Source: Candidatus Curtissbacteria bacterium RIFCSPLOWO2_02_41_11 (GTDB taxonomy: Bacteria; Patescibacteriota; Microgenomatia; Curtissbacterales; GWA2-41-24). Taken from it: a stretch of 64,000 bases of DNA. Position 1 is the stretch's first letter. Every line of letters begins with the position of its first letter. The notes beneath the pieces were generated by a model that saw nothing but the letters and a program-made list of their open reading frames with translations, ran no database searches and was not told the origin of the DNA. Below are positions 17,325 through 29,152 of the stretch, piece by piece. The DNA lies in NCBI GenBank assembly GCA_001775055.1, contig MFBU01000009.1, forward strand, positions 382 to 64,381, read 5' to 3'. A program made the translations under genes and the position numbers.

Positions 17325-19997
17325 TTACCTCTTTTTAACTTTTTTGACAACCCTAGTTTTAGTTTTTGGTTTGGCTTTTGGCTTTGCCTTTTTGGCTTTA
17401 ATCTTGAGTTTGTGTTTAGGCCTATTCTTGACTATAGATTTAGTTTTTGCTTTTGGTTTAGGTTTTGGCTTTTGTTGGGTTTTCGTTTGGGCGGCTACCT
17501 TTGAAGATTCGGGTTTTACAGATCCGTTTTCTACCTCCTCATCCTCCTTCTTTTTTTGAATGACAGTGGTGGCTGCGACTTTGTCGCCTACTGACAAGCG
17601 CATAATAATTACGCCCTGAGTATCCCGAGTAAGCCTAGGAATAGACCGTAGAGTTGTCCGCATGACCTGGCCTTTTTGGGAAGTCAAAATTAAGGCTTCA
17701 TCGGCCTTAGTTAGAATTTGGGCGCAGACAATCTCACCGGTTTTTTCGGTTAAGTTTGCCGCTTTTACACCGACGCCACCCCGAAGCTGCAATGGCCAGG
17801 CCAAAACCTGGGTTTTCTTACCAATTCCTTTATCGGTAATGACCAAAAGGTCAGCTTTTACGTCTCCTTTATCAATTACATCCATGCCGATTAGTTCATC
17901 ATTCGGTTTTAGTTTTATGCCGCGAACCCCCATGGTATCCCGAGCCATTGGTCGGACATCTTTTTCAGCGAATTTAATGGACAAGCCGTGCTTGGAAATC
18001 AGAAAAATGAGGTTGTCGCCGGCTGTTAATTTAGCCCAGCGCAGATGATCGCCGGAGGCAAGTTTAATAGCGATTATGCCTGATCTTCTAATCGATTCGT
18101 ATTGGGAAATTGCGGTTTTTTTGACAACGCCGTTTTTGGTTGCCATCAGCACATATTTGTGATTACTGGTCATTTGAGTCTTTTGTTTTTTAACTGGCAA
18201 GATCGATAGAACTTTTTCATTTTGTTGCAGGTCTAAAAGATTGACAATTGCTACCCCTTTGGAAACTCTGGAACTTTCAGGGAGATCATAGACTTTAAGC
18301 TGAAATACGCGGCCTATATTGGTAAAGAAAAGAAGGTTGTCATGGGTGTAGGCGGCAAATAGATGGGCAACGGTGTCCTCTTCTTTGGTGGTGATACCAG
18401 AGATACCCTTGCCGCCGCGGCGTTGAGTGCGGAAAGAAGAAAGATCTTGTCTTTTGACATAACCGCCCACGGTAACGGTAACGATAGTCGATTCATTGGC
18501 AATTAAATCCTCTTCGGAGAATTCACCGATTTTTTGTTTAAACACACGGGTGCGCCTGTCATCGCCGAAACGCTCTTTAAGCTTTAAAAGTTCTCCTTTG
18601 GCGACTGTTAAGATTTTTTCAGGGTGACTCAAGAGATCTTCCAAATAGGTAATTTCCTCAAGAGTCATGGTCAGTTCTTCCTCGATTTTTTGCCGCTCAA
18701 GACCCGAAAGCCTTTTGAGCTGCATATCCAGAATCGCCAGAGCCTGGACTTCGGTTAATTTAAATTTTTGCATTAGGTTGACTTTGGCGACTTGAGGATC
18801 CTGGCTTTTTTTAATGGTTTCGATGACGGCATCAATATTGTCAACGGCAATTTTTAAACCTTCCAAGATATGAGCTCGTTTTCTGGCTTCATCGAGTTCA
18901 AACTGGCTTCTTCTCTTAATGACTTTTTGGCGGTGTTTAATAAACTCACTCAAGATCATTTTGAGGGTTAGTGTTTGGGGAGTGCCATCAACAAGAGCCA
19001 CCATGTTGACCGGGAAGGATTGTTGCAGAGAGGTATGCTTGTAAAGATTATTTAGAACCGATTGCGGGCGGGCATCGCGCTTAAGTTCGATAACAATGCG
19101 CATACCTCGACGGTCGGATTCATCGCGAAGATCAGAAATCCCTTCCAGTTTCTTATCCTTGGCAAGCTCGGCAATTCTGGTGACAAGCGTTGCTTTGTTT
19201 ACCTGATATGGGATTTCGGAAACGGTTATTTGGAATTTAGCGCCTTTTGTTTCTTCAATATCGGCTTTGGCGCGCATTAAAATTTTACCGCGACCGGTGG
19301 CATAGGCGGCTGTAATTTCGGAAATGTCATAGATCTGGGCAGCAGTTGGGAAATCCGGTCCCTTAATATGTTCCATTAAATCCTCGACAGATAATTCCGA
19401 GTTGTCGATTAAAGCGCAGGCGGCATCAATGACTTCTGCCAAATTATGAGGCGGAATGTTGGTTGCCATACCGACGGCGATACCGGAGGCGCCGTTAATT
19501 AAAAGGTTTGGCAAAAGCGCCGGTAAAAATACCGGCTCTTTTAAAGTGCCGTCGAAATTCTCGGTAAAATCAACGGTTTTTTTATCGAGGTCGTAAAGCA
19601 GAGTTTCGGTAATGAGAGCCATGCGAGTTTCGGTGTAGCGCATAGCAGCCGGCGGGTCACCATCGATTGAGCCAAAGTTGCCTTGGCCATCGATTAACGG
19701 GTAACGCATGGAAAAGTCCTGAGCCATGCGCACCAGCGCCTCATAGACCGGAGCGTCGCCATGGGGATGGTATTTGCCTAAAACCTCACCGACAACTTTG
19801 GCGCTTTTGGAGTAGTGGGCACTGTGAGTTGTGCCCATTCGCTGCATGGCGTAGATGATTCGTCGGTGAACCGGTTTTAAGCCGTCGCGAACATCTGGCA
19901 GCGCGCGGGAAACAATAACCGACATAGCGTAGTCGAGATACGACCTTTGCATTTCATCTATAATTTCGACTTGCTGGATTTTGCCGATATCAGCCAT
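17325..19997 (-). CDS. gyrA: DNA gyrase subunit A, with lysine-rich C-terminal tail
   Basis: [21 protein letters not shown] and the rest of the GyrA N-terminus. ~50-aa KPKAKPK-type tail at the C-terminus. Confidence 0.95.
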   Translation of the reverse strand: MADIGKIQQVEIIDEMQRSYLDYAMSVIVSRALPDVRDGLKPVHRRIIYAMQRMGTTHSAHYSKSAKVVGEVLGKYHPHGDAPVYEALVRMAQDFSMRYPLIDGQGNFGSIDGDPPAAMRYTETRMALITETLLYDLDKKTVDFTENFDGTLKEPVFLPALLPNLLINGASGIAVGMATNIPPHNLAEVIDAACALIDNSELSVEDLMEHIKGPDFPTAAQIYDISEITAAYATGRGKILMRAKADIEETKGAKFQITVSEIPYQVNKATLVTRIAELAKDKKLEGISDLRDESDRRGMRIVIELKRDARPQSVLNNLYKHTSLQQSFPVNMVALVDGTPQTLTLKMILSEFIKHRQKVIKRRSQFELDEARKRAHILEGLKIAVDNIDAVIETIKKSQDPQVAKVNLMQKFKLTEVQALAILDMQLKRLSGLERQKIEEELTMTLEEITYLEDLLSHPEKILTVAKGELLKLKERFGDDRRTRVFKQKIGEFSEEDLIANESTIVTVTVGGYVKRQDLSSFRTQRRGGKGISGITTKEEDTVAHLFAAYTHDNLLFFTNIGRVFQLKVYDLPESSRVSKGVAIVNLLDLQQNEKVLSILPVKKQKTQMTSNHKYVLMATKNGVVKKTAISQYESIRRSGIIAIKLASGDHLRWAKLTAGDNLIFLISKHGLSIKFAEKDVRPMARDTMGVRGIKLKPNDELIGMDVIDKGDVKADLLVITDKGIGKKTQVLAWPLQLRGGVGVKAANLTEKTGEIVCAQILTKADEALILTSQKGQVMRTTLRSIPRLTRDTQGVIIMRLSVGDKVAATTVIQKKKEDEEVENGSVKPESSKVAAQTKTQQKPKPKPKAKTKSIVKNRPKHKLKIKAKKAKPKAKPKTKTRVVKKVKKR

Positions 19998-20043
19998 GAT
20001 TAGTTTTGGGTTATGAGTGATGAGTCCTGAGTTTTTAGGAATT

Positions 20044-20538
20044 TCATTTCGAAAGATCTATAAACGAAAACGCAACTTTAGGAAGATTGGGCGCGTCTTC
20101 AATTAATGGGTTAGGTTCGGTAGAAGGATGACCAGATTGTTCCTGTTCTACAAATTGCTGCGGACTAGCCCATCTATCAAAGATAATTTTTTGAAAGTCA
20201 AGCTTACTAGGGTTTGGTTGTTGGAACCCTAGAAGAGTTTTTTTATTAAGGAGAGTGACTTTTACTTCAAGGTATTGATGCCAATTGGCTAGTTCTCGAC
20301 TGGTGAGTCGTGGAGATAATTGGACTTCTACAGTAACACAATAGGGTTTCGAAAAAAGAGATGTTTTGAGATTATCATCGGGCTGAGTTGCTTGAAGCTT
20401 GAAGATCGCTTCACCGATACCAGGTAGTACTTGTGGTTCTGTTGCGAAATCAGGAGGAATGGCATCAGTATCTAAGTCCTTAAATGGTGTAAAGGTATGT
20501 GTTTCTGAATGTGGTTGTTCGGCTGTAACTTCTGGCAT
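20044..20538 (-). CDS. hypothetical acidic, Pro/Gln-rich protein translationally coupled to gyrB
   Basis: Start moved to ATG at 20538, 1 nt after the gyrB TAA (TAAAATG). The track ORF 20044..20652 overlaps gyrB by 113 nt. Confidence 0.45.
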   Translation of the reverse strand: MPEVTAEQPHSETHTFTPFKDLDTDAIPPDFATEPQVLPGIGEAIFKLQATQPDDNLKTSLFSKPYCVTVEVQLSPRLTSRELANWHQYLEVKVTLLNKKTLLGFQQPNPSKLDFQKIIFDRWASPQQFVEQEQSGHPSTEPNPLIEDAPNLPKVAFSFIDLSK

Positions 20539-20539
20539 T

Positions 20540-22507
<1,968 letters not shown>

Positions 22508-22586
22508 TTAGCTGATACATTAATTAATTTTATCAGAAACGGTTTGGCAATTGCAAGCTGTTTTGAAGCTATTTTAGTGACTTTAT

Positions 22587-23255
22587 TTAAAGAGAATTTA
22601 TTTGAAAAAACAAATTTGCCAGAACGAATTTGGCGTTGACATTAGCCTCAATCATTGTCTTAGCCTTGGCGCTTTTTTCGATTATTTCGGCAAGATCCTC
22701 TGGCGTAAAGTTCGAATTTCCTCCACCTATTTTTTTTAAGAGTTTTGTGTAAGCCATTTGAATTTGGCTACTTAGCCAGATACTTGGGTTTTCAACTTGG
22801 ACAATTTTTTCAATAGCGGCTAAAGTGTCTGATTCGTCCAAAATATTAAAATCCGAACTAGCTGATAGCTTGGGTTGTTTGGCCCTTTTAATAATTACTC
22901 TTGAGAGAATTGTCGGCAAAAATTGTTGTTTATTGTCGGCTTCCAAAACAATAATGGCAGATGCCGGAGGCTCCTCGAGGATTTTTAAAAGGGCGTTTTG
23001 AGCCTCATCGGTCAGCTTGTTTGCCTCTTCAATAATTACAAACTTGAAATTAGATTTTAACGGTTTTTGAAATATATGTCTTTTAAGATTTCGAACTTGA
23101 TCAATGGTTATAAATTGGCCTTGCGGCTCAATTATAAAAATATCCGGGGAAGTTTTCAGAAGGTTGATACCAAAGCTTTTGGCAAGATCTTTGGCTTCGC
23201 TCCGCCTAGTTATTTGATCTCCGATGATTAAATAGCTTTGGAATATTGTCTTCAT
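22587..23255 (-). CDS. holB: DNA polymerase III delta-prime subunit-like clamp-loader protein
   Basis: FVIIEEANKLTDEAQNALLKILEEPP...LPTILSRV matches delta-prime sensor motifs. Confidence 0.7.
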   Translation of the reverse strand: MKTIFQSYLIIGDQITRRSEAKDLAKSFGINLLKTSPDIFIIEPQGQFITIDQVRNLKRHIFQKPLKSNFKFVIIEEANKLTDEAQNALLKILEEPPASAIIVLEADNKQQFLPTILSRVIIKRAKQPKLSASSDFNILDESDTLAAIEKIVQVENPSIWLSSQIQMAYTKLLKKIGGGNSNFTPEDLAEIIEKSAKAKTMIEANVNAKFVLANLFFQINSL

Positions 23256-23399
23256 TGCAAATTTGATTTTACAGTGATTGGACTAATATTTCCAATTTAT
23301 ATCCGAGATTTGTTATGATCAAATTAGAGTCAAGATATGAGCTAGCGTTTAGCGTCTAGCCATTTTATGGCACCTAAAAGTAAGGAGAACTGAATTATC

Positions 23400-25151
23400 A
23401 TGGCTGATTCTGCCCAAGGCGCAAACATTAAGAGAGATATTCAGACTAAAGCAAAACCTTCATTTATCGAAGATGTTTTAGAATTCCGTGGTTTACTGAC
23501 TGCCCAGCAACTTAGCTTTGTTAAGAACGAGGCTAAAAGAAGACAGGAATCTGTTGAGAAAATTTTAACGCAGATGGGTTGGGTAACTGATGAACAGTTA
23601 GCCGCAGCCAAGAGTGACGTACTTGGTGTGCCTTATGTTGATCTTTCGCAGCAGCCAATTTCTCCTGAAGTTCTAGCTTATCTACCTGAAGAGGTGGCCA
23701 GAAGATTTATAGTTATTCCGATTGCCAGGGAAGGCGAAACGTTATCAGTAGCCATGTCAGACCCCCTAGACTTGCAAGTCTTAGAGTTTATCGAGAAAAA
23801 ATCTGGTCTGGCTGTTCGGCCGTATATGGCTACTGTTGGTTCAATTCAAAGGGCGATAGCAGAACAATACAGCCGCGGTCTTTCTTTTGAAGTCGGTGAA
23901 GCTTTAAAAGAAGCGGCGCCGGGACTGACTACGCCTTTGGCAATTCAAACCGGAGTTTCCGGAATTTTGGGTGAAGCTCCGGTTGCCAGGATTGTTTCGA
24001 CACTTCTTGAGTATGGTATTAAAGTCAGAGCCTCTGATATCCACATCGAGCCACTCGAGAATGAAACTAGGATTCGTTATCGAATCGACGGAATTTTGCA
24101 TGAAAAGCTGATTTTACCAAGACGCATTCATGATGCGATAGTTTCCAGAATTAAAATTTTGGGTAATATGAAGATTGACGAAAAACGCTTACCCCAAGAC
24201 GCCCGTTTTAACTTTAAAGTCGGCCAAGAAGAGTTAGATTTGAGGCTTTCAACAATGCCTACCGCCTATGGAGAGAAAGTGGTAATGAGGCTTCTTAAGA
24301 AAACCGGTGGCGTGCCGACACTGCCGGAATTGGGGCTTCGCGGCAGCGCGCTTAAACATTTAGATGAAAATATTGCCAGACCACACGGAATTATTCTGAT
24401 TTGTGGTCCAACCGGTTCGGGAAAAACGACTAGCTTGTATTCGATTCTTTCAAAGTTAAATTCGACAAAAGTTAATATCATGACCTTGGAGGATCCGATT
24501 GAATATCAAATACCGGGGGTTAATCAGGTTCAGGTAAATACTCAGGCGGGATTAAACTTTGCTTCTGGACTGCGCTCATTTTTACGGCAAGACCCTAATA
24601 TTATTATGGTTGGAGAGGTTCGCGATTCTGAAACTACTGATTTGGCTATTCAGGCTGCTCTAACCGGTCATTTAGTTTTTTCGACTCTGCACACTAACGA
24701 TGCCGCCGGAGCTCTTCCCCGACTGTTGGATATGCAGGCAGAACCTTATTTAATTGCTTCAACGGTTACCTGTGTTGCCGGCCAGCGGGTTGTGCGTAGA
24801 GTTTGTGCGGCTTGTAAAATTGCTAAAGCTCCGTCTGAGGAAATATTTATAGAAATTAAAAAAACTTTAGGTGATCTTTATAAATTTGAAAAAAGTAACC
24901 CCCCAACTTTTTTTGTGGGTAAAGGATGCAGGGAGTGTAATAATACCGGCTATTTAGATCGAATTGGTATATTTGAGGTATTGGTTGTTTCAGAAAAAAT
25001 TGCCAGGATGATTCTTACTCGTGAACCGGTCCAAGCAATTGCCAATCAAGCGATCAGCGAAGGCATGATTACGATGAAACAAGACGGTTTTTTGAAAGTG
25101 ATTGAGGGTATAACGACTGTTGAGGAAGTCTTGAGAGTAGCGGAAGAATAA
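23400..25151 (+). CDS. pilB: type IV pilus assembly ATPase PilB (GspE family)
   Basis: Walker A GPTGSGKTTSLYS, Asp and His boxes, tetracysteine CxxC...CxxC. Confidence 0.92.
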   Translation: MADSAQGANIKRDIQTKAKPSFIEDVLEFRGLLTAQQLSFVKNEAKRRQESVEKILTQMGWVTDEQLAAAKSDVLGVPYVDLSQQPISPEVLAYLPEEVARRFIVIPIAREGETLSVAMSDPLDLQVLEFIEKKSGLAVRPYMATVGSIQRAIAEQYSRGLSFEVGEALKEAAPGLTTPLAIQTGVSGILGEAPVARIVSTLLEYGIKVRASDIHIEPLENETRIRYRIDGILHEKLILPRRIHDAIVSRIKILGNMKIDEKRLPQDARFNFKVGQEELDLRLSTMPTAYGEKVVMRLLKKTGGVPTLPELGLRGSALKHLDENIARPHGIILICGPTGSGKTTSLYSILSKLNSTKVNIMTLEDPIEYQIPGVNQVQVNTQAGLNFASGLRSFLRQDPNIIMVGEVRDSETTDLAIQAALTGHLVFSTLHTNDAAGALPRLLDMQAEPYLIASTVTCVAGQRVVRRVCAACKIAKAPSEEIFIEIKKTLGDLYKFEKSNPPTFFVGKGCRECNNTGYLDRIGIFEVLVVSEKIARMILTREPVQAIANQAISEGMITMKQDGFLKVIEGITTVEEVLRVAEE

Positions 25152-25247
25152 GGGTATCACGGGCGCCAAGGGTATCACGAGTACCACAGGCTTAAAACAA
25201 AAAGCTCTTGATACTTTTGGTACATTTGATACCTTTGGTACTCTTAA
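25152..25247. repeat. copy A of a ~95-nt dyad-symmetric intercistronic repeat family (GGGTATCACGAG...AGCTCTTGATAC...GGTAC arms)
   Basis: Shares >60% identity and the same arm order with the copies at 37605, 40886 and 50511. Confidence 0.7.
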
Positions 25248-25254
25248 CATAAAC

Positions 25255-26319
25255 ATGTCTATCCAAGAGTATTTAGAAATTGTTGTTAAAAAGGAAGCTT
25301 CAGACCTTCATTTGGTTACCGGAATGCCGCCAATGGTGCGTATTGACGGGCAACTATTACCTGTTACCGGTTCTTTCTTGACACCAGAGGATACGGAAAG
25401 CCTGGTTTTTGAGCTTCTCTCCCCTGAGCAAAAGGAGATGCTTTTGGTTAACAGGGAGCTCGACTTTTCTTTTGCTCTTGGTGAAGTGGCTCGCTTTCGC
25501 GTCAATGCCTACTTTCAGAAAGGTTATCTGGCGGCAGCTTTAAGGCTGATTCCTTCATACATTAAGACGATTGAAGAACTAAACCTGCCCAAAATTTTGC
25601 ATAATTTTGCTAGACTTCGTCAAGGATTTATTTTGATTACAGGACCGACCGGTCACGGCAAGTCAACGACTTTGGCTTCGGTAATTAATGAAATTAACCA
25701 GACACGCGCGGTACACATAGTGACGATTGAAGATCCGATTGAGTATGTTTACCCTAAAGGCAAATCCCTAATTTCCCAAAGAGAGATGCATCTGGATACT
25801 CATTCATGGGAAATATCTTTGCGATCGGCTCTTCGAGAGGATCCTGATGTGGTTTTGGTTGGCGAGATGCGCGATTATGAAACAATCGCCTCGGCAATTA
25901 CCATCGCCGAGACTGGTCATTTGGTTTTTGCCACTCTGCACACCAATTCGGCTGCCCAGTCGGTCGACCGAATAATTGACGTTTTCCCCCAAAATCAACA
26001 GGCCCAAGTCCGGTTGCAACTTGCCGAGACAATTGCAGCTATTGTTTCGATGAGGTTGGTTCCAGCAATAGGTGGTGGAAGATTGCCAGCCGTAGAAATT
26101 CTTTTGACCAGTGGTGCAGTGCAGACGGTAATTAGAGAGGCCAAGAGTCACATGATTGACAATATTATTCAAACTTCGGGTGAAGCAGGCATGATTCTAC
26201 TTGATGCCTCTTTGGCCTATTTGGTTCGTTCTGGCAGGGTATCTCTGGATGTTGCCAAAAGTTACTGCATTAGGCCGGAGGAATTGGATCGCTTAGTGGG
26301 AAACAACACTAGTTCCTAG
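25255..26319 (+). CDS. pilT: type IV pilus retraction ATPase PilT
   Basis: ITGPTGHGKSTTLAS Walker A, AIRNLIRE-like segment VIREAKSHMIDNIIQTS. Confidence 0.92.
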   Translation: MSIQEYLEIVVKKEASDLHLVTGMPPMVRIDGQLLPVTGSFLTPEDTESLVFELLSPEQKEMLLVNRELDFSFALGEVARFRVNAYFQKGYLAAALRLIPSYIKTIEELNLPKILHNFARLRQGFILITGPTGHGKSTTLASVINEINQTRAVHIVTIEDPIEYVYPKGKSLISQREMHLDTHSWEISLRSALREDPDVVLVGEMRDYETIASAITIAETGHLVFATLHTNSAAQSVDRIIDVFPQNQQAQVRLQLAETIAAIVSMRLVPAIGGGRLPAVEILLTSGAVQTVIREAKSHMIDNIIQTSGEAGMILLDASLAYLVRSGRVSLDVAKSYCIRPEELDRLVGNNTSS

Positions 26320-26343
26320 CGACTAGTGACTAGCGTCTAGATT

Positions 26344-27558
26344 ATGTCACTTTACCGTTATACAGCCAAGGATTTAAGCGGCAAAAAGTTTACCGGCGAA
26401 GTCGAAGCAATTGACGAGAAAGCCTTGGTAACCACTCTTCAAGGCGAAGGGCTGGTGCCGATTGAGGTTAGAGAACGCAATGCCCAAGGTTCTATAACTA
26501 TTGAGAAAGTCTTGCCTAAGACTGGCGGAGTTTCTTCCTCTGAAATTGTGGGTTTTACCAGACAGCTTTCGACAATGATTTCAGCAGGTCTTCCTTTAAC
26601 CGATGCCTTGGTAATTTTGGAAAAACAGGCTAAAAATAAGCATTTTGCGCGGGTACTTGCAGAAGTTGTGGCTGATGTCGAAGGCGGTACGTCGCTTTCG
26701 GCGGCTTTTGCCAAACATCCCAGAGTTTTTGACATTATCTATGTGAAACTGGTTGAGGCCGGTGAAACCGGCGGAGTTTTGGATAAGATTTTAAATAAAC
26801 TGGCCGAGTCTTTAGAGAAAGAAAGGGAATTTAAGGCGAAAACCCGGGGCGCTTTTATTTATCCGGCAATTGTGGTTGTGGTTATGATTATCGTAATGAG
26901 TATTATGATGATTTTTGTAATCCCCAAACTGACCAGTCTTTACACTGAAATCGGAGCAGCCCTGCCGCTTCCAACGAGAATTTTAATTGTCATGTCTAAT
27001 TTCATGAGGTCGTTCTGGTGGCTTTTAATAATGATGGTAATAGCCGGTACTTATAGCTTTAGGACATATTCCAAAACAGTCAGGGGCGGCCAGATTGTCT
27101 CAAAATTTGTTTTATGGTTGCCCATTTGGGGAAAAATCCGCAAAACCTTAATTTTAGCTCAATTCACGCGCACGCTTGGACTTTTAATCGGTAGTGGAAT
27201 CCCAATTATTACTGCCCTAAAAGTGGTGGCCGATCTTTTGGCCGCTCCTACTTATAAGGAAGGTATTGAATTTGCAATTTCCCGGGTGGAGCGTGGTGCG
27301 CCGCTTTATCAACCGCTGGCTGCCAGTCCCGATTTTCCGCCGATTATCGGGCAAATGATCAGAGTTGGTGAGGAAACAGGTAAGATGGACGAGGTCTTGA
27401 TTAGACTTTCTGTTTACTTTGAAGCGGAAAGCGAGAATTTGATTCGAAATTTAACAACGGCACTCGAGCCGGTAATTTTAGTGATTTTGGGTGCGGGCGT
27501 TGGTGTTTTAGTGCTTTCTATTATCCTGCCGATCTACAATTTGACAGCGCAATTCTAA
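26344..27558 (+). CDS. pilC: type IV pilus platform protein PilC (GspF family)
   Basis: Two GspF repeats and three transmembrane segments. Confidence 0.9.
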   Translation: MSLYRYTAKDLSGKKFTGEVEAIDEKALVTTLQGEGLVPIEVRERNAQGSITIEKVLPKTGGVSSSEIVGFTRQLSTMISAGLPLTDALVILEKQAKNKHFARVLAEVVADVEGGTSLSAAFAKHPRVFDIIYVKLVEAGETGGVLDKILNKLAESLEKEREFKAKTRGAFIYPAIVVVVMIIVMSIMMIFVIPKLTSLYTEIGAALPLPTRILIVMSNFMRSFWWLLIMMVIAGTYSFRTYSKTVRGGQIVSKFVLWLPIWGKIRKTLILAQFTRTLGLLIGSGIPIITALKVVADLLAAPTYKEGIEFAISRVERGAPLYQPLAASPDFPPIIGQMIRVGEETGKMDEVLIRLSVYFEAESENLIRNLTTALEPVILVILGAGVGVLVLSIILPIYNLTAQF

Positions 27559-27580
27559 CTGGAAACTAGAAACTATAAAC

Positions 27581-27946
27581 TTGGAACCAGACACAGTAAA
27601 TTTTAGATTCTTAAATTTTAAGGTCTACAAAGACGCAAAAAAATTTTATCATGAGATTGTTAGGATAACTGCTAACTTTCCTAGGCAATATTGGGAGTTG
27701 GGAGACCAGATGAGAAGAAGCGCTCTTTCTGTAATTCTTAATCTAGCAGAGGGTTCAGCCAAGAAGTCAGACAGAGATTTTAACCGTTACATTAAAAATA
27801 GTTTAGGGTCAATAAATGAGTGCGCAGCGGGTATTGACGTGGCTTTTGGCGAAAAACTTGTAAATGAGGAGGTTTTTAAAAATCTAATGATTAAAGCGTC
27901 AGAAATCGCAAATCAATTAGGCGGGTTCTCAAAATCTTTGAGGTAA
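27581..27946 (+). CDS. four-helix-bundle protein (23S rRNA IVS protein / Avd-like family)
   Basis: FRFLNFKVYKDAKKFYHEIVRITANFP...RRSALSVILNLAEGSAK...SLGSINEC fits the TIGR02436/Avd pattern. TTG start. Confidence 0.75.
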   Translation: MEPDTVNFRFLNFKVYKDAKKFYHEIVRITANFPRQYWELGDQMRRSALSVILNLAEGSAKKSDRDFNRYIKNSLGSINECAAGIDVAFGEKLVNEEVFKNLMIKASEIANQLGGFSKSLR

Positions 27947-28124
27947 CTCGAAACATTAAACCTTAAACTTGAAACCATAAACTGAACAGAGACTAAGTGG
28001 TGGTAGCTTGTGAAGTATTTCATGTTTCCAGTTTATTGTTTCCTGTTTCACGTTAGGTATCTTGACAACAGTTAACTTATCCCCAATACTTAAATAGAAG
28101 AGGAAATTTGAAAAGTTTATCCTC

Positions 28125-28136
28125 AGGAGGAGGTGA
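28125..28136 (+). promoter_or_regulatory. strong Shine-Dalgarno AGGAGGAGGTGA for the major pilin gene
   Basis: 10 nt upstream of ATG 28147. Confidence 0.5.
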
Positions 28137-28146
28137 ATAAATTTTT

Positions 28147-28623
28147 ATGGTTATTCCTGCCCGAAAGAAATTATTCAGGGGCTTCACATTAATTGAGCTT
28201 TTAATCGTCATTGCTATTCTGGGAATTTTGGCAGCCGCTGTTTTGGTTGCAGTCAATCCGAAAAAGAGACAAGATCAGGCTAAAGATGCAAATATTAAAG
28301 CTGATGTTGGATCAATTGCAACAGGACTTCAGGCATACTTTACTTCACCTGGTCAAGGATCTTACCCGCTTACTTTGCTAAAACTCGAAGAAAATAAAGA
28401 TTTGGTGAAGGTTCCAACACCTCCTGCTGGAGCCGGTGCCGAGTACGTATATGCAGTAAACCCATCAGCGACTTGTGATGGTACGGCAACAGCTCAATGT
28501 ATATCTGCAAGCGTTTCTGCGCCATTATTTGATAAGACTGCAACAGATGAGGTATGGTGTTGGCAATCATCAACCGGTAAGGGTCAGCCTGTGACTGCCG
28601 CTGTAGGTTGTCCGGCAAACTGA
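28147..28623 (+). CDS. type IV pilin (prepilin with class III signal)
   Basis: Leader MVIPARKKLFRG|FTLIELLIVIAILGILAA, with Glu at +5 and a C-terminal Cys pair. Confidence 0.9.
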   Translation: MVIPARKKLFRGFTLIELLIVIAILGILAAAVLVAVNPKKRQDQAKDANIKADVGSIATGLQAYFTSPGQGSYPLTLLKLEENKDLVKVPTPPAGAGAEYVYAVNPSATCDGTATAQCISASVSAPLFDKTATDEVWCWQSSTGKGQPVTAAVGCPAN

Positions 28624-28659
28624 TAATTTAACAATAAGTCTTTTAAGAGTTAAGTTATT

Positions 28660-29115
28660 ATGTGTCGGCAACATGGATTTACATTAATCGAGCTTTTGAT
28701 TGTTGTTGCAATCTTGGGAATATTAGCCTTGGTGGCGTTCATGGCAATTAATCCGGCAAAACGCCAAAATCAGGCCAAAGATGCTAGGACTAAAGCTGAT
28801 ATTGACCAAATAGCCACTGGGCTCGGAGTCTACTTTACCACGCATCAACCACAAACCTACCCCGTGGATCTTTCAGAGGTTGTCAATAACAAAGATCTTA
28901 AATCTTTACCTACCCCTCCTAATAGTGGTACATACGGGAGTGGATACGCGGCAGTTGCCGAGGATGGAGGGACGTGTGACGGAGGTACGATTGTTTGTAG
29001 CCGGGCAAAGCTTTCATGGACCCTTAATGACCCTCAAAATGGTAATAGCGTATGGTGTTGGCAATCATCAACCGGCAAAGCACAACCTCTTACTCCCGTT
29101 TTGTGCACCCCTTAG
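28660..29115 (+). CDS. type IV pilin paralog
   Basis: MCRQHG|FTLIELLIVVAILGILA; C-terminal WCWQSSTGK segment shared with the preceding pilin. Confidence 0.9.
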   Translation: MCRQHGFTLIELLIVVAILGILALVAFMAINPAKRQNQAKDARTKADIDQIATGLGVYFTTHQPQTYPVDLSEVVNNKDLKSLPTPPNSGTYGSGYAAVAEDGGTCDGGTIVCSRAKLSWTLNDPQNGNSVWCWQSSTGKAQPLTPVLCTP

Positions 29116-29152
29116 TTGCGCCAGTTTTTAAATTTGGCTATTCTTAGATTTA

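Noticed and set aside
27581-27946. A complete diversity-generating retroelement around the Avd-like gene
   Set aside because: No reverse-transcriptase ORF and no obvious template/variable repeat pair lie within this window. Only the Avd-like accessory gene is present.
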